Shown here in pieces: positions 44,063-53,782 of a DNA stretch of 64,000 bases (the first letter of the stretch is position 1; every line of letters begins with the position of its first letter). The notes under the pieces were generated by a model. That model did no database searches. It saw only the letters and a list, made by a program, of their open reading frames with translations, and was not told where the DNA came from. A program made the translations under genes and the position numbers. Location of the stretch: sequence record OR352949.1; one strand, given 5' to 3'. Origin of the DNA: Escherichia phage AV119.

Positions 44063-46327
44063 TCATAATTTACAGGATGAACAATCTTCAGCTTTTGGAG
44101 TTTCTATTTCATAATCATCAGTACCAGAACCATCACGGGTATTATGATAATAGAAATTTTTTCCGCCAAAATACCAAAAATACAAAAGGTCATCAATCAT
44201 TATTGACATTGGAACCTTTCCTTTTGGAAAAATCTGCGGGTCATAATATGTATTCGCTGAAGCTGATTGACATACCCATTTCAGCATAATAGCTACCTGC
44301 GTAAGATAAGGTTTATTACCTTTCTTAGCTAATTTCCATGTATAATCATATAGGTCTATGTTATGTTCAATATTGGGCACGACTTGATTAAAGGAACCCT
44401 CTTTTGATTCTTTAACAGAGACTGGTCCACGTGGAGGCTCGATACCGTTTGTACTGTTAGAAACTTGGGAAGATGACTCACATGGCATAAGTGCTGATAG
44501 TGTGCTATTACGGATGCCAAAGAGCTTAAGGTCTTCCCGCAGCGACGACCAGTCACAAACGTATTTTGGAGCTGCGATTTGGTCAATCTTTTTATTGTAC
44601 CAGTCGATAGGTAATTCGCCTCGAGACCAACGAGTGTCTGAATAATATTCGCAAGGTCCTTTTTCTTTGGCGAGCTTAATGGATGCTTTAATGAGTCCAT
44701 ACTGTAATCTCTCAAATAGTTCATGTGTTAAATCGTTAGCATCTTCATAAGAAGCAAAGTTACTTGCCAACCAAGCTGCATAGTTAGTAACACCTACACC
44801 GAGGTTACGACGCTTTTTAGCTTTTTCTGCTTCAGGAACTGGATATCCTTGGTAATCCAAAAGATTATCAAGAGCGCGAACTTGAACTTCTGCCAATTCA
44901 TTAATTTTATCTTGGTCTTGCCAATCGAAGTTATCCAACACAAATGCAGATAACGTGCACAAGCCAATTTCCGCATCAGGACTATTCACATCATTTGTTG
45001 GAATAGCAATTTCACAGCACAAGTTACTCTGACGAATAGGTGCCTTTTCACGAATAAACGGAGTGTAGTTATTCGTATTATCAATGAACTGCACATAAAT
45101 CCTTGCTGTTCCTGAACGTTCAGTCATGAGCAATTCAAATAGTTCACGAGCTTTAATACGCTTTTTACGAATATTAGGGTCTTTTTCTGCTGCTTCGTAT
45201 AATTCACGGAAACGGTCTTGGTCTTTAAAATAAGAATAATAAAGCTCTCCACCCATTTCATGCGGACTAAACAAAGTAATGTAATCGTTCTTTCCGAATC
45301 GTTCCATCATCAAATCATTCAGCTGAACACCATAATCCATATGACGAATGCGGTTTTCTTCTACGCCTTTGTTATTTTTCAAAACGAGAAGATTTTCAAC
45401 TTCCAAATGCCAAATAGGATAATAAGCAGTAGCAGCGCCGCCACGAATTCCACCCTGTGAACATGATTTAACTGCAGTCTGAAAATGTTTCCAAAAAGGA
45501 ATAACACCAGTATGACGTACTTCACCCATGCCAATCTTAGAACCTTCGGCACGAATCATACCAACGTTAATACCAATTCCAGCACGTTTAGAGATATATT
45601 CAACAATTGAAGCGGAAGCCTTATTGATAGACTTCAGCGAATCACCTGCCTCAATAACAACACATGAACTGAACTGACGAGTCGGAGTACGACAACCAGC
45701 CATAATAGGAGTTGGCAATGAAATCTGTCGGGTTGATACTGCTTCATAAAAACGGATAACATGTTTTAATCTATCAACAGGTTCATCTTGATGCAATGCC
45801 ATTCCAATAGCCATAAATGCAAACTGTGGAGTTTCATAAATTTGACCAGTGGTTTTATCTTTAACTAGATATTTTTCTTTTAATTGCATCGCCCCGGAAT
45901 AAGTAAATTCCATATCCCGCTCGTGCTTAATTTTTGATTCTAAAAATGTAATTTCTTCTGCTGAATATTTTGACAATAATTCAGGGTCATATTTACCTGC
46001 ATTTACACAATAAGAAATATGGTCAATAAATGAACGTGGTTCATACTGCCCATAAACATGCTTACGAAGAGCGAACATTAAACAACGTGCAGCTACATAT
46101 TGATAATCAGGTTCTTCAACCGAAATAGAATTCGCAGCAGCCTTAATGACAATAGTCTGAATGTCATCAGTTGTCATTCCATCACGGAGATATGATTTAA
46201 TATTTTCATATAATTCATAAGGATCTACTGATGTTCCCTCAGCTGCCCAAGATAAAACTTTAATAATTTTTTGCGGGTCAAAGCTCTGAGAAACACCACT
46301 ACTTTTGATAACATTAATTAATTGCAT
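44063..46327 (-). CDS. nrdA: ribonucleotide reductase large subunit NrdA
   Basis: 754 aa as T4 NrdA; ATP-cone N-terminus. Confidence 0.95.
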   Translation of the reverse strand: MQLINVIKSSGVSQSFDPQKIIKVLSWAAEGTSVDPYELYENIKSYLRDGMTTDDIQTIVIKAAANSISVEEPDYQYVAARCLMFALRKHVYGQYEPRSFIDHISYCVNAGKYDPELLSKYSAEEITFLESKIKHERDMEFTYSGAMQLKEKYLVKDKTTGQIYETPQFAFMAIGMALHQDEPVDRLKHVIRFYEAVSTRQISLPTPIMAGCRTPTRQFSSCVVIEAGDSLKSINKASASIVEYISKRAGIGINVGMIRAEGSKIGMGEVRHTGVIPFWKHFQTAVKSCSQGGIRGGAATAYYPIWHLEVENLLVLKNNKGVEENRIRHMDYGVQLNDLMMERFGKNDYITLFSPHEMGGELYYSYFKDQDRFRELYEAAEKDPNIRKKRIKARELFELLMTERSGTARIYVQFIDNTNNYTPFIREKAPIRQSNLCCEIAIPTNDVNSPDAEIGLCTLSAFVLDNFDWQDQDKINELAEVQVRALDNLLDYQGYPVPEAEKAKKRRNLGVGVTNYAAWLASNFASYEDANDLTHELFERLQYGLIKASIKLAKEKGPCEYYSDTRWSRGELPIDWYNKKIDQIAAPKYVCDWSSLREDLKLFGIRNSTLSALMPCESSSQVSNSTNGIEPPRGPVSVKESKEGSFNQVVPNIEHNIDLYDYTWKLAKKGNKPYLTQVAIMLKWVCQSASANTYYDPQIFPKGKVPMSIMIDDLLYFWYFGGKNFYYHNTRDGSGTDDYEIETPKAEDCSSCKL

Positions 46328-46644
46328 AAGTCCTCAACTTGAAAATCGTCTTTAAACAATCGGTTAACTATATGAGCTATTATATCACCATGACACGGCT
46401 TTGGTTTACATGTGCATCCTAGCCTCATTCCACGTAAAGGCTCTAAATGTGCTTTAGTTATTTCTCCGGATTTAATTCGACGTATAAAATCTTTTTTGAA
46501 TAATTCAATGGCAGCCTCCCGGCTGCCAGCATCTTTACCGACGTAATTTCCCCAAAATGTACCGCGGTGAATATTGACATCAAAGTCGGATTTATATTTA
46601 TTCACTACCTGGCATAGACGGCCCGCGCGGTGATAATTCGTCAT
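46318..46644 (-). CDS. hypothetical Cys/His-containing protein (nrdA.1 position)
   Basis: 108-aa ORF; [12 protein letters not shown]. Confidence 0.55.
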   Translation of the reverse strand: MTNYHRAGRLCQVVNKYKSDFDVNIHRGTFWGNYVGKDAGSREAAIELFKKDFIRRIKSGEITKAHLEPLRGMRLGCTCKPKPCHGDIIAHIVNRLFKDDFQVEDLCN

Positions 46645-46873
46645 ATTGTTTTTCCGTTAAAACAGTAATATCATAGTAACAATCAGAAGAAGTTTTAACT
46701 GTAGAAATTTTATTATCAAAATACTCACGAGTCATTTTATGAGTATAATATTTTTTGCCATAAATGATAATAGGCTGATTTGGTCCTGGAACTTCTAGCT
46801 CACTTGGATTAGGAAGTGTAAAAAGAACTGCACCAGAAGTATCTTTAAATCGTAAAATCATATATCCTCGCAA
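46598..46873 (-). CDS. hypothetical protein (nrdA.2 position)
   Basis: 91-aa ORF. Confidence 0.5.
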   Translation of the reverse strand: MRGYMILRFKDTSGAVLFTLPNPSELEVPGPNQPIIIYGKKYYTHKMTREYFDNKISTVKTSSDCYYDITVLTEKQYDELSPRGPSMPGSE

Positions 46874-46884
46874 TTAAATTGAAA

Positions 46885-47745
46885 TTACACCGCCATCTTT
46901 CCTTTAATTGGCGGGTGAGATACATAGTTGTTAAGAACAAAATTATGCGGCTTTGCGAATTGACTCAACCAAAATACCTGTGATTCTGTACCCCATTCAT
47001 CGAATTCATCTGGAAATTTTAATTGCAATTCGCATAAATCCATAGATTCACGACGCAAAATTTCTTTACATTGTTCTACGTGATTCATATAGATATGAGT
47101 ATTACCACCAGAAAATATCAAATCTCCCGGAATAAGATTACACATCTTAGCTACAATATGAACTAACGCAGCGTATGATGCAATGTTGAATGGCAAGCCC
47201 AAGAACACGTCAACACTTCTTTGATACCACTGTAAATCCAAATAGCCATTACGCACATTAAACTGATAGAACATATGACAAGGAGGTAATGCCATTTGCT
47301 TAAGTTCTGCCGGATTCCATGCTGAAACAATTTGACGCCTATCATTTGGCAGTTTTTTAATACGATCAATAACTTCTATAATTTGGTCTACACCGCCAAA
47401 ATCACGCCATTGTTTTCCATAAATTGGACCAAGTTCACCGCTATGGTATCCTAAATCTTTTGCTTGATTTTCGTAATTTTCATCCCAGACTGTTTTGCCT
47501 TGAATTAATGAATTATGTTGAATTAATCGCAAATCATTTACGTTAGTACTTCCTGATAAGAACCACAATAACTCAGAAATACATGCATTCCAGGCGAGCT
47601 TCTTAGTTGTTACTGCAGGAAAACCTTTAGTTAAATCCCAGCGTAATTTAGTACCGAACAAAGCAATTGTTCCTGTGCCCGTTCGGTCATCAGTTTCATA
47701 GCCATTTTCAAAAATGTCTTTAATTAAATCTTGGTATTGTTTCAT
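46885..47745 (-). CDS. td: thymidylate synthase, uninterrupted (no intron)
   Basis: 286 aa continuous ORF; T4 td carries an intron at this gene. Confidence 0.95.
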   Translation of the reverse strand: MKQYQDLIKDIFENGYETDDRTGTGTIALFGTKLRWDLTKGFPAVTTKKLAWNACISELLWFLSGSTNVNDLRLIQHNSLIQGKTVWDENYENQAKDLGYHSGELGPIYGKQWRDFGGVDQIIEVIDRIKKLPNDRRQIVSAWNPAELKQMALPPCHMFYQFNVRNGYLDLQWYQRSVDVFLGLPFNIASYAALVHIVAKMCNLIPGDLIFSGGNTHIYMNHVEQCKEILRRESMDLCELQLKFPDEFDEWGTESQVFWLSQFAKPHNFVLNNYVSHPPIKGKMAV

Positions 47746-47790
47746 TTAGTACCTTATATAAATTATAATACATTTTATGAAGCTAAATAA

Positions 47791-48138
47791 TCAATACGGT
47801 TTAGCATCAAATTTTCTCTCAATTTCAGGCGTGAAATATAATTCTTTACCGCGTTTGGAAAAGCGACCAATAATATGATAATTATTCTCATCAAACGTGA
47901 TATTACCAATATCCATAGCTTTCAACCAAATATCGATATTTCTATCCAGCTTTATGTCAAAATTCCAATACGGAGAACTATTACCGAAAATACTGCAAGC
48001 GGATTCAGTGAAACAACTGCTATAAATCTTGTCTTTAGGAACTACTAATTGATAGACACCTTTAATAAACTGAGGACCCTGCCACTTTGGCTGTTTCGCG
48101 TCTTCTTCTAATAGAATAGGGTAATAATTAAAATTCAT
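47791..48138 (-). CDS. hypothetical protein inserted between frd and td
   Basis: 115 aa from ATG 48138 (GTG at 48150 gives 119); no recognisable motif. Confidence 0.55.
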   Translation of the reverse strand: MNFNYYPILLEEDAKQPKWQGPQFIKGVYQLVVPKDKIYSSCFTESACSIFGNSSPYWNFDIKLDRNIDIWLKAMDIGNITFDENNYHIIGRFSKRGKELYFTPEIERKFDAKPY

Positions 48139-48158
48139 ATTTTCCGCCACGTGTTATT

Positions 48159-48985
<827 letters not shown>

Positions 48986-48996
48986 ATTGCCTCCTA

Positions 48997-49329
48997 TTAA
49001 AAAGGATCAGTAACATATCCGCTAGCTTTAATCATTTTAATTAACGTTAACATTCCTTTGTTAACTGCTCGTGAGATTTCATCAAAAACTTCATCACTAA
49101 AAAGTTCTAACACGCCCTTCTGAACTTTTAATTTACAGCCAACAATTTCGTCATCTCCTATAGTAAATTCGCTTCCGCCAATTCCGCCGAAAAACTTAAT
49201 TACGCCAGTTAACTGTCTTCCACGAGAATATGGGTCGTGTGATAAAGTAATATGAGTCACCCCAGGTACAGTTTTAAATTGGCAGCGGATGTTTACTTGA
49301 GCAATTCCAGTTACATGAATGTCAGACAT
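48997..49329 (-). CDS. hypothetical protein (frd.2 position)
   Basis: 110-aa ORF. Confidence 0.5.
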   Translation of the reverse strand: MSDIHVTGIAQVNIRCQFKTVPGVTHITLSHDPYSRGRQLTGVIKFFGGIGGSEFTIGDDEIVGCKLKVQKGVLELFSDEVFDEISRAVNKGMLTLIKMIKASGYVTDPF

Positions 49330-49339
49330 ATTATTTTCC

Positions 49340-49582
49340 TCAAACAGACTTTTTCACAATTTTCCAATCAGCTTTAAACTGATCAACATCAGAATGATAA
49401 ATCCAGAATCCTGCGCTTTCTCCGTCTTCATAAAGAGGACATCCATCACATTCATCTTCCCACCCCATATCGCGTAAAAGATGTTCAGCTTTTTCAACAA
49501 GCCCAGAATCTTTACCGATGATATTAAAATACCATTTACCTTTAACTTCTGAATCTTTGATGCTCTGGCGTTGTAATCTCAT
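49340..49582 (-). CDS. hypothetical protein (frd.3 position)
   Basis: 80-aa ORF. Confidence 0.5.
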   Translation of the reverse strand: MRLQRQSIKDSEVKGKWYFNIIGKDSGLVEKAEHLLRDMGWEDECDGCPLYEDGESAGFWIYHSDVDQFKADWKIVKKSV

Positions 49583-49591
49583 TTTATTCTC

Positions 49592-49660
49592 CTTAGCAAG
49601 CTTTAATCAAAAGATATAAACAGACCAACATAACTGCTGCCATAATATAAGGTGCGAACA
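49592..49660 (-). CDS. candidate 22-aa hydrophobic peptide (MFAPYIMAAVMLVCLYLLIKAC)
   Basis: ATG 49660 with ggaga SD 7 nt upstream; single TM-like helix; below ORF-track cutoff. Confidence 0.35.
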
Positions 49661-49692
49661 TTTTCTTTTCTCCATTAGTTTTGATAGGGTAA

Positions 49693-49721
49693 TAGTATCA
49701 CACTACTACCCTGTTGTAAAC
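49693..49721 (-). promoter_or_regulatory. putative early promoter
   Basis: minus strand GTTTAC-N17-TGATACTAT; flanked by AGGGTA/TACCCT. Confidence 0.45.
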
Positions 49722-50086
49722 TACTTTTTGAAAGTTTTTCGCAAAAGTTCAATGATTTCATCTACATTATTTTCGTCAACAATGCAGTGAATTTTTGTTA
49801 CGCCAGAAACCTTGTCTTTAACTTCATCCTCTTCAGAAGTAGGTTCTTTATATTCGCGGAAACAATGAAATTCGTCTTCACAAACGTTAAAGTAAAAATG
49901 CTTTCCATTTGCGCATTCAATGTGTTTTATTACTCTAAATCCATCAACAAAGAAAGCTTCTTTAACTTCAAACCATCCACCATTTTCTTGAATAATTTTA
50001 ACTATTGATGAATTAGAACGTGGGCGATAATTAATAAATGTATCAATAAGTCTTGGAACAAGCTCATACTTTTTGCCAATATACAT
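49721..50086 (-). CDS. hypothetical protein
   Basis: 121-aa ORF; early promoter upstream. Confidence 0.55.
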   Translation of the reverse strand: MYIGKKYELVPRLIDTFINYRPRSNSSIVKIIQENGGWFEVKEAFFVDGFRVIKHIECANGKHFYFNVCEDEFHCFREYKEPTSEEDEVKDKVSGVTKIHCIVDENNVDEIIELLRKTFKK

Positions 50087-50131
50087 TACGTTTTCCTCAT
50101 TTTAACGGGGCTTGTAATAGCCCCTTGATAA

Positions 50132-50362
50132 TTATTGTTCAATCAATCCCATGTAAAATTCTGCGTCTTCAGAATCCATACCATCACAATATTCATTATC
50201 CATAAAGCGGGTGAGGTCTTCAAGAGGACCTTCAATGACAATAGAAAAATTGCAATAATTGGGATCATCGTGAATACTTGTGATACTAAGTTCAGGATAA
50301 CGATTACGAATAATTTCTTCGATATATTCAAAATCAACGATGTCAATATCAACTTTAGCCAT
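50132..50362 (-). CDS. small acidic protein (76 aa from [13 protein letters not shown])
   Basis: ATG 50362 with aagagg SD; upstream track extension runs through a terminator hairpin. Confidence 0.55.
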   Translation of the reverse strand: MAKVDIDIVDFEYIEEIIRNRYPELSITSIHDDPNYCNFSIVIEGPLEDLTRFMDNEYCDGMDSEDAEFYMGLIEQ

Positions 50363-50399
50363 ATTATTTTCCTCTTTAATCATCAGCAGTATTGCCGAT

Positions 50400-50435
50400 A
50401 GTTGTATAGTACCATGGAAGGACAAGGATGTAAAC
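50400..50435 (-). promoter_or_regulatory. putative early promoter for the 76-aa ORF
   Basis: minus strand GTTTAC then TACTATACA about 18 nt later. Confidence 0.4.
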
Positions 50436-50460
50436 CGTTTTGTGAAAAAAATTTTTGAAA

Positions 50461-50487
50461 TAAAAAAGGGGACCTCTAGGGTCCCCA
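50461..50487 (-). terminator. terminator after gene 32
   Basis: ggggacccTAGAggtcccc then tttttt on minus strand. Confidence 0.7.
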
Positions 50488-50508
50488 ATTAATTAGTAAT
50501 ATAATCTA

Positions 50509-51417
50509 TTAAAGGTCATTCAAAAGGTCATCTAGGTCCGTGTCATCAGCACTAGATGAACTGCCAGAGCTTGAGCTCATAAAATCATCTTCAGTTTTTG
50601 TTTTGAAGTCATCAACATTGAATGCATCCAAATCATCAGCAACTTTATCAGCTTTCTTAGCGGCAGTTGCAGCGGCACCACCCATTGCAGCAGTTCCCAT
50701 AACTTGACTGAACTTAGTGCTCAGTTCTTCAAATGATTTGAATTTATCTTTAGAAGTCATTTCAGAAAGGTCAACCATTTGTTCGAACAGTTCTTTCTGG
50801 AAAGATTCATCGTCAATGTTTGGAATCGCAGATTGATTCAGGAATTTAGATTCGTCGTAGTTACTAAAACCAGAAACTTGTTTAACTTTCAGTACAAAGT
50901 TAGCACCTTCCCACGGGCAAGTTACATCAACCGGAGTTTCACCCATTTCAACATCAACTGCAATCATTGCATTGATTTTATCCCAGATTTTCTTACCAAA
51001 ACGATATTTAAATACTTTACCTTCGTTTTCTGGAGCAGCTGGGTCTTTTACAACAAGAATGTTAGCCCAGTAAGAAGTTTTACGTTTAACAAGACTGTAC
51101 TCTTTATTGTCAGTGTTGTACAGATCATTTTTACTGATGTATTGACATACTGGGCAAGAATCGTAATCACCGTGGGTAGATGAACATGTTTCAATATACC
51201 ATTTACCATTTTTCTTGAAACCGTGATTTACAAGAATTGCGAACGGTGCTTGTTCATCATTTTTAGACGGAAGAAAACGAATTACTGCTTGACCGTTACC
51301 CGCATTGTCGAGTTTCAGTTTCCACTCGCCTTTATCTTCAGAAGAAAAACCACCTTTATTTCCAGCCAGTTTAGCCATTTGTGCAGCGAGTTCAGCAGTA
51401 GATTTACGTTTAAACAT
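50509..51417 (-). CDS. 32: single-stranded DNA-binding protein gp32
   Basis: 302 aa; zinc ligands H..C..CPVC; acidic C-terminus. Confidence 0.97.
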   Translation of the reverse strand: MFKRKSTAELAAQMAKLAGNKGGFSSEDKGEWKLKLDNAGNGQAVIRFLPSKNDEQAPFAILVNHGFKKNGKWYIETCSSTHGDYDSCPVCQYISKNDLYNTDNKEYSLVKRKTSYWANILVVKDPAAPENEGKVFKYRFGKKIWDKINAMIAVDVEMGETPVDVTCPWEGANFVLKVKQVSGFSNYDESKFLNQSAIPNIDDESFQKELFEQMVDLSEMTSKDKFKSFEELSTKFSQVMGTAAMGGAAATAAKKADKVADDLDAFNVDDFKTKTEDDFMSSSSGSSSSADDTDLDDLLNDL

Positions 51418-51500
51418 TTTTATTTCCTTTTTAATTTAATTAACAGTTGGTGCTATGACGATGTATGACCTCATAGCTGGTCAGTGAGATAATTATAATC
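51418..51500 (-). promoter_or_regulatory. gene 32 translational operator: pseudoknot plus A/U-rich unstructured leader
   Basis: mRNA tgaccAGCTATGAggtcatacatcgTCATAGC (stems tgacc/ggtca and gctatga/tcatagc), then aattaaattaaaaaggaaataaaa before ATG. Confidence 0.7.
51490..51497 (-). promoter_or_regulatory. late promoter for gene 32
   Basis: minus-strand TATAAATA upstream of operator leader. Confidence 0.6.
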
Positions 51501-51516
51501 TATTTATAATAAGCAA

Positions 51517-52170
51517 TTAATACTTACAAGATTTCACAGTTTCAATGAAAACATTTTTAGCTTTCTGTGAATCAATATTTAAAATTTTTCTATAAGCCTT
51601 TAACTTTATAGAATAATTATTCCAGACTAAATTATCAGTCTGTTCATCATGTTTATCAATTATATTTAAAAATGAATCAAGCAAGATAAACGTCTCAAAC
51701 GAAATTATGTTCGATTGCAGAAGTTTAAAAATATAACTTGACTGAACCTTTGAATTATATTCAAAGATTTCTTTAAAAGCAGAAACTTCAACTTTTTTAC
51801 TAAAATAATAAATGTTGCGAATATCTTCTTCAAACTTAAATTTAATTTGCTTTAAGCGTCCGATATATTCACGATAAAACACAAGTGCATCAGCGTCAGA
51901 GATGTCACCAATCCAAGCATCTTGGTTAGCAACCAAATTACTTATAAAAATTAAAGCAAGTTCCTTTAATTTATATTTTTCTGATAACTTCTGGAAAAAA
52001 TACTTATCCCTTCGCTTTTGATAAGCGGCATCAGACACCCGCATGCACCAATTATACTTAATAACATCATACTTTCCATTCATATGTTGTTTTATCATTA
52101 AGTATAATTTATAAACTGATTTACCATCAATGTATCTTTCACCACCAGCAGGCATGCGGAGTTTAATCAT
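51517..52170 (-). CDS. 59: gp59 helicase loader
   Basis: 217 aa as T4 gp59. Confidence 0.9.
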   Translation of the reverse strand: MIKLRMPAGGERYIDGKSVYKLYLMIKQHMNGKYDVIKYNWCMRVSDAAYQKRRDKYFFQKLSEKYKLKELALIFISNLVANQDAWIGDISDADALVFYREYIGRLKQIKFKFEEDIRNIYYFSKKVEVSAFKEIFEYNSKVQSSYIFKLLQSNIISFETFILLDSFLNIIDKHDEQTDNLVWNNYSIKLKAYRKILNIDSQKAKNVFIETVKSCKY

Positions 52171-52505
52171 AGTAGAAAATCTAATGTATTAGTTTTTTCA
52201 CAACGAACAACAGAAGGACGTAAAAGATTTTCGTCGATAGCTTCTGACTGAATTTTTTCAATTATACCAGAAGGAATAAATTTAGCAAATTGAGTTTCAG
52301 GAATAGAATTTTCTTCCAAGAATGCTGTCGTAGCTTCAAGATAACTCATTCCAAACTCTTCTACCATTTTTTCAATAATAAATCCATTTTCTTGACGATC
52401 AAGAAGCTTTGCTATTTCATCCTTTTCTTTCTTAATTGAAAGTTCTTTTTCTGAAAGACCGGTCTCATCGACCGGACGAATATCATTTAGAGAAAACTGT
52501 GTCAT
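52167..52505 (-). CDS. 33: gp33 late transcription co-activator
   Basis: 112 aa from MTQFSLNDIR; overlaps dsbA. Confidence 0.85.
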   Translation of the reverse strand: MTQFSLNDIRPVDETGLSEKELSIKKEKDEIAKLLDRQENGFIIEKMVEEFGMSYLEATTAFLEENSIPETQFAKFIPSGIIEKIQSEAIDENLLRPSVVRCEKTNTLDFLL

Positions 52506-52752
52506 AAAGTTCAACTACCTCTTCAGTTTCAGCTTCAAACACATCACGATTATCTTTATGATACAAAGCTAATAGACGATTAAACATCTTACCATCAACA
52601 CCAAGTTCATCTTTGGCACGAATTCGAATATCTTTAATCAGTTCATTATAACCGGAAATTTTCAGTTTATGATCAGATGCTTCTTTAATAAATTTAGCCA
52701 AGTCTTCGCCATGGATAGCTTCATCAAATTCAACCATTTCTTTTTTAGCCAT
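52483..52752 (-). CDS. dsbA: DsbA double-stranded DNA-binding protein
   Basis: 89 aa as T4 DsbA. Confidence 0.8.
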   Translation of the reverse strand: MAKKEMVEFDEAIHGEDLAKFIKEASDHKLKISGYNELIKDIRIRAKDELGVDGKMFNRLLALYHKDNRDVFEAETEEVVELYDTVFSK

Positions 52753-52760
52753 TATTCACC

Positions 52761-53678
52761 TCAAAATTCATTAATGCTATTAGTTAATTTAGAAAGACCC
52801 GCTTTTACAAAATATGAATAAATTTTGCCACGCGGTGGTAATTTATATGAATTATAGTAATTCACAATGTTTGAAGCAATATTATCAGGAATATAATCAA
52901 AATCAATTAGAACTAAATTTTCTTTATAACGATTATATTCAGATTCTGTGAGAAGCACCTTAGCTTGCTCACGGTCATTAGCAATAGCTTCAACGATTGA
53001 AGTTTTCATTGAAGGAGTTCGTTCACCTTCAACTCTGGTAAACCAAAAGTCAGATCGTACTTTAACTGAAGCAACGTTATCCTTTTTGTCGCCTTTAAGG
53101 ATTTTAGTCATACAGTCAATTTCAGCAGAACCGCTTTTAATTTTAACCCATTTCTTATGCATCGGTGACCATTGCTTAACATTTGGGTATTTGTGAAGCT
53201 GTGTAAAGTCACCATCCGATGAAATGATTAAAATCTTGTGTCCTTCTAAAGAGAACTTTTTAACAAGAACAGCAATGTGGTCATCTGCTTCATACTTATC
53301 AATATCCATAACAATGTATGGCATATAAGCTTTCAATTCATCTATAACTTTATGACTGGATTCAAAATAACCTTCCCAGTCCCAAGTCGATTCTTCTCGT
53401 GCTTTTCCACGGTTTTTCTTATAATAATAAGCAAAATCACGGCGCCAGTATCCAGATTTCGCGTTATCAATACACAGTACAATTTTAGTGTATCCAAGCG
53501 TTTTTGCTTTTTTGACATTAAACTTAATTGAGTTCAATATCAAATGACGAACCATTGATAAATTAATTTTTTCTTTATCTGGGAAGTTTACTAAAGCAGT
53601 TGAAAGCGCAATTTGACTAAAGTCAATAAAGCAAATTCCTTCTTTGTAATCTTCATCCAGCATCATTTCTAAATCCAT
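52761..53678 (-). CDS. rnh: RNase H (5-prime to 3-prime exonuclease, FEN family)
   Basis: 305 aa from MDLEMMLDEDYKEG. Confidence 0.9.
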   Translation of the reverse strand: MDLEMMLDEDYKEGICFIDFSQIALSTALVNFPDKEKINLSMVRHLILNSIKFNVKKAKTLGYTKIVLCIDNAKSGYWRRDFAYYYKKNRGKAREESTWDWEGYFESSHKVIDELKAYMPYIVMDIDKYEADDHIAVLVKKFSLEGHKILIISSDGDFTQLHKYPNVKQWSPMHKKWVKIKSGSAEIDCMTKILKGDKKDNVASVKVRSDFWFTRVEGERTPSMKTSIVEAIANDREQAKVLLTESEYNRYKENLVLIDFDYIPDNIASNIVNYYNSYKLPPRGKIYSYFVKAGLSKLTNSINEF

Positions 53679-53740
53679 ATGAACCTCGTTCAATTAGTGA
53701 GATTTCTATTATATACTATCCAAATCTTAAAGTAAACAAG

Positions 53741-53748
53741 TATAAATA
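53741..53748 (+). promoter_or_regulatory. late promoter for gene 34
   Basis: exact TATAAATA 35 nt before ATG. Confidence 0.75.
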
Positions 53749-53782
53749 CTTATTATTGAAAACACAATAGGAGCCCGGGAGA

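Noticed and set aside
46885-47745. Searched for a group I intron interrupting td
   Set aside because: td is a continuous 286-codon ORF with no interruption
50363-50488. N-terminal extension of the 118-aa track ORF
   Set aside because: The extension reads through the gene 32 terminator hairpin and lacks an SD; the internal ATG 50362 with aagagg SD is preferred
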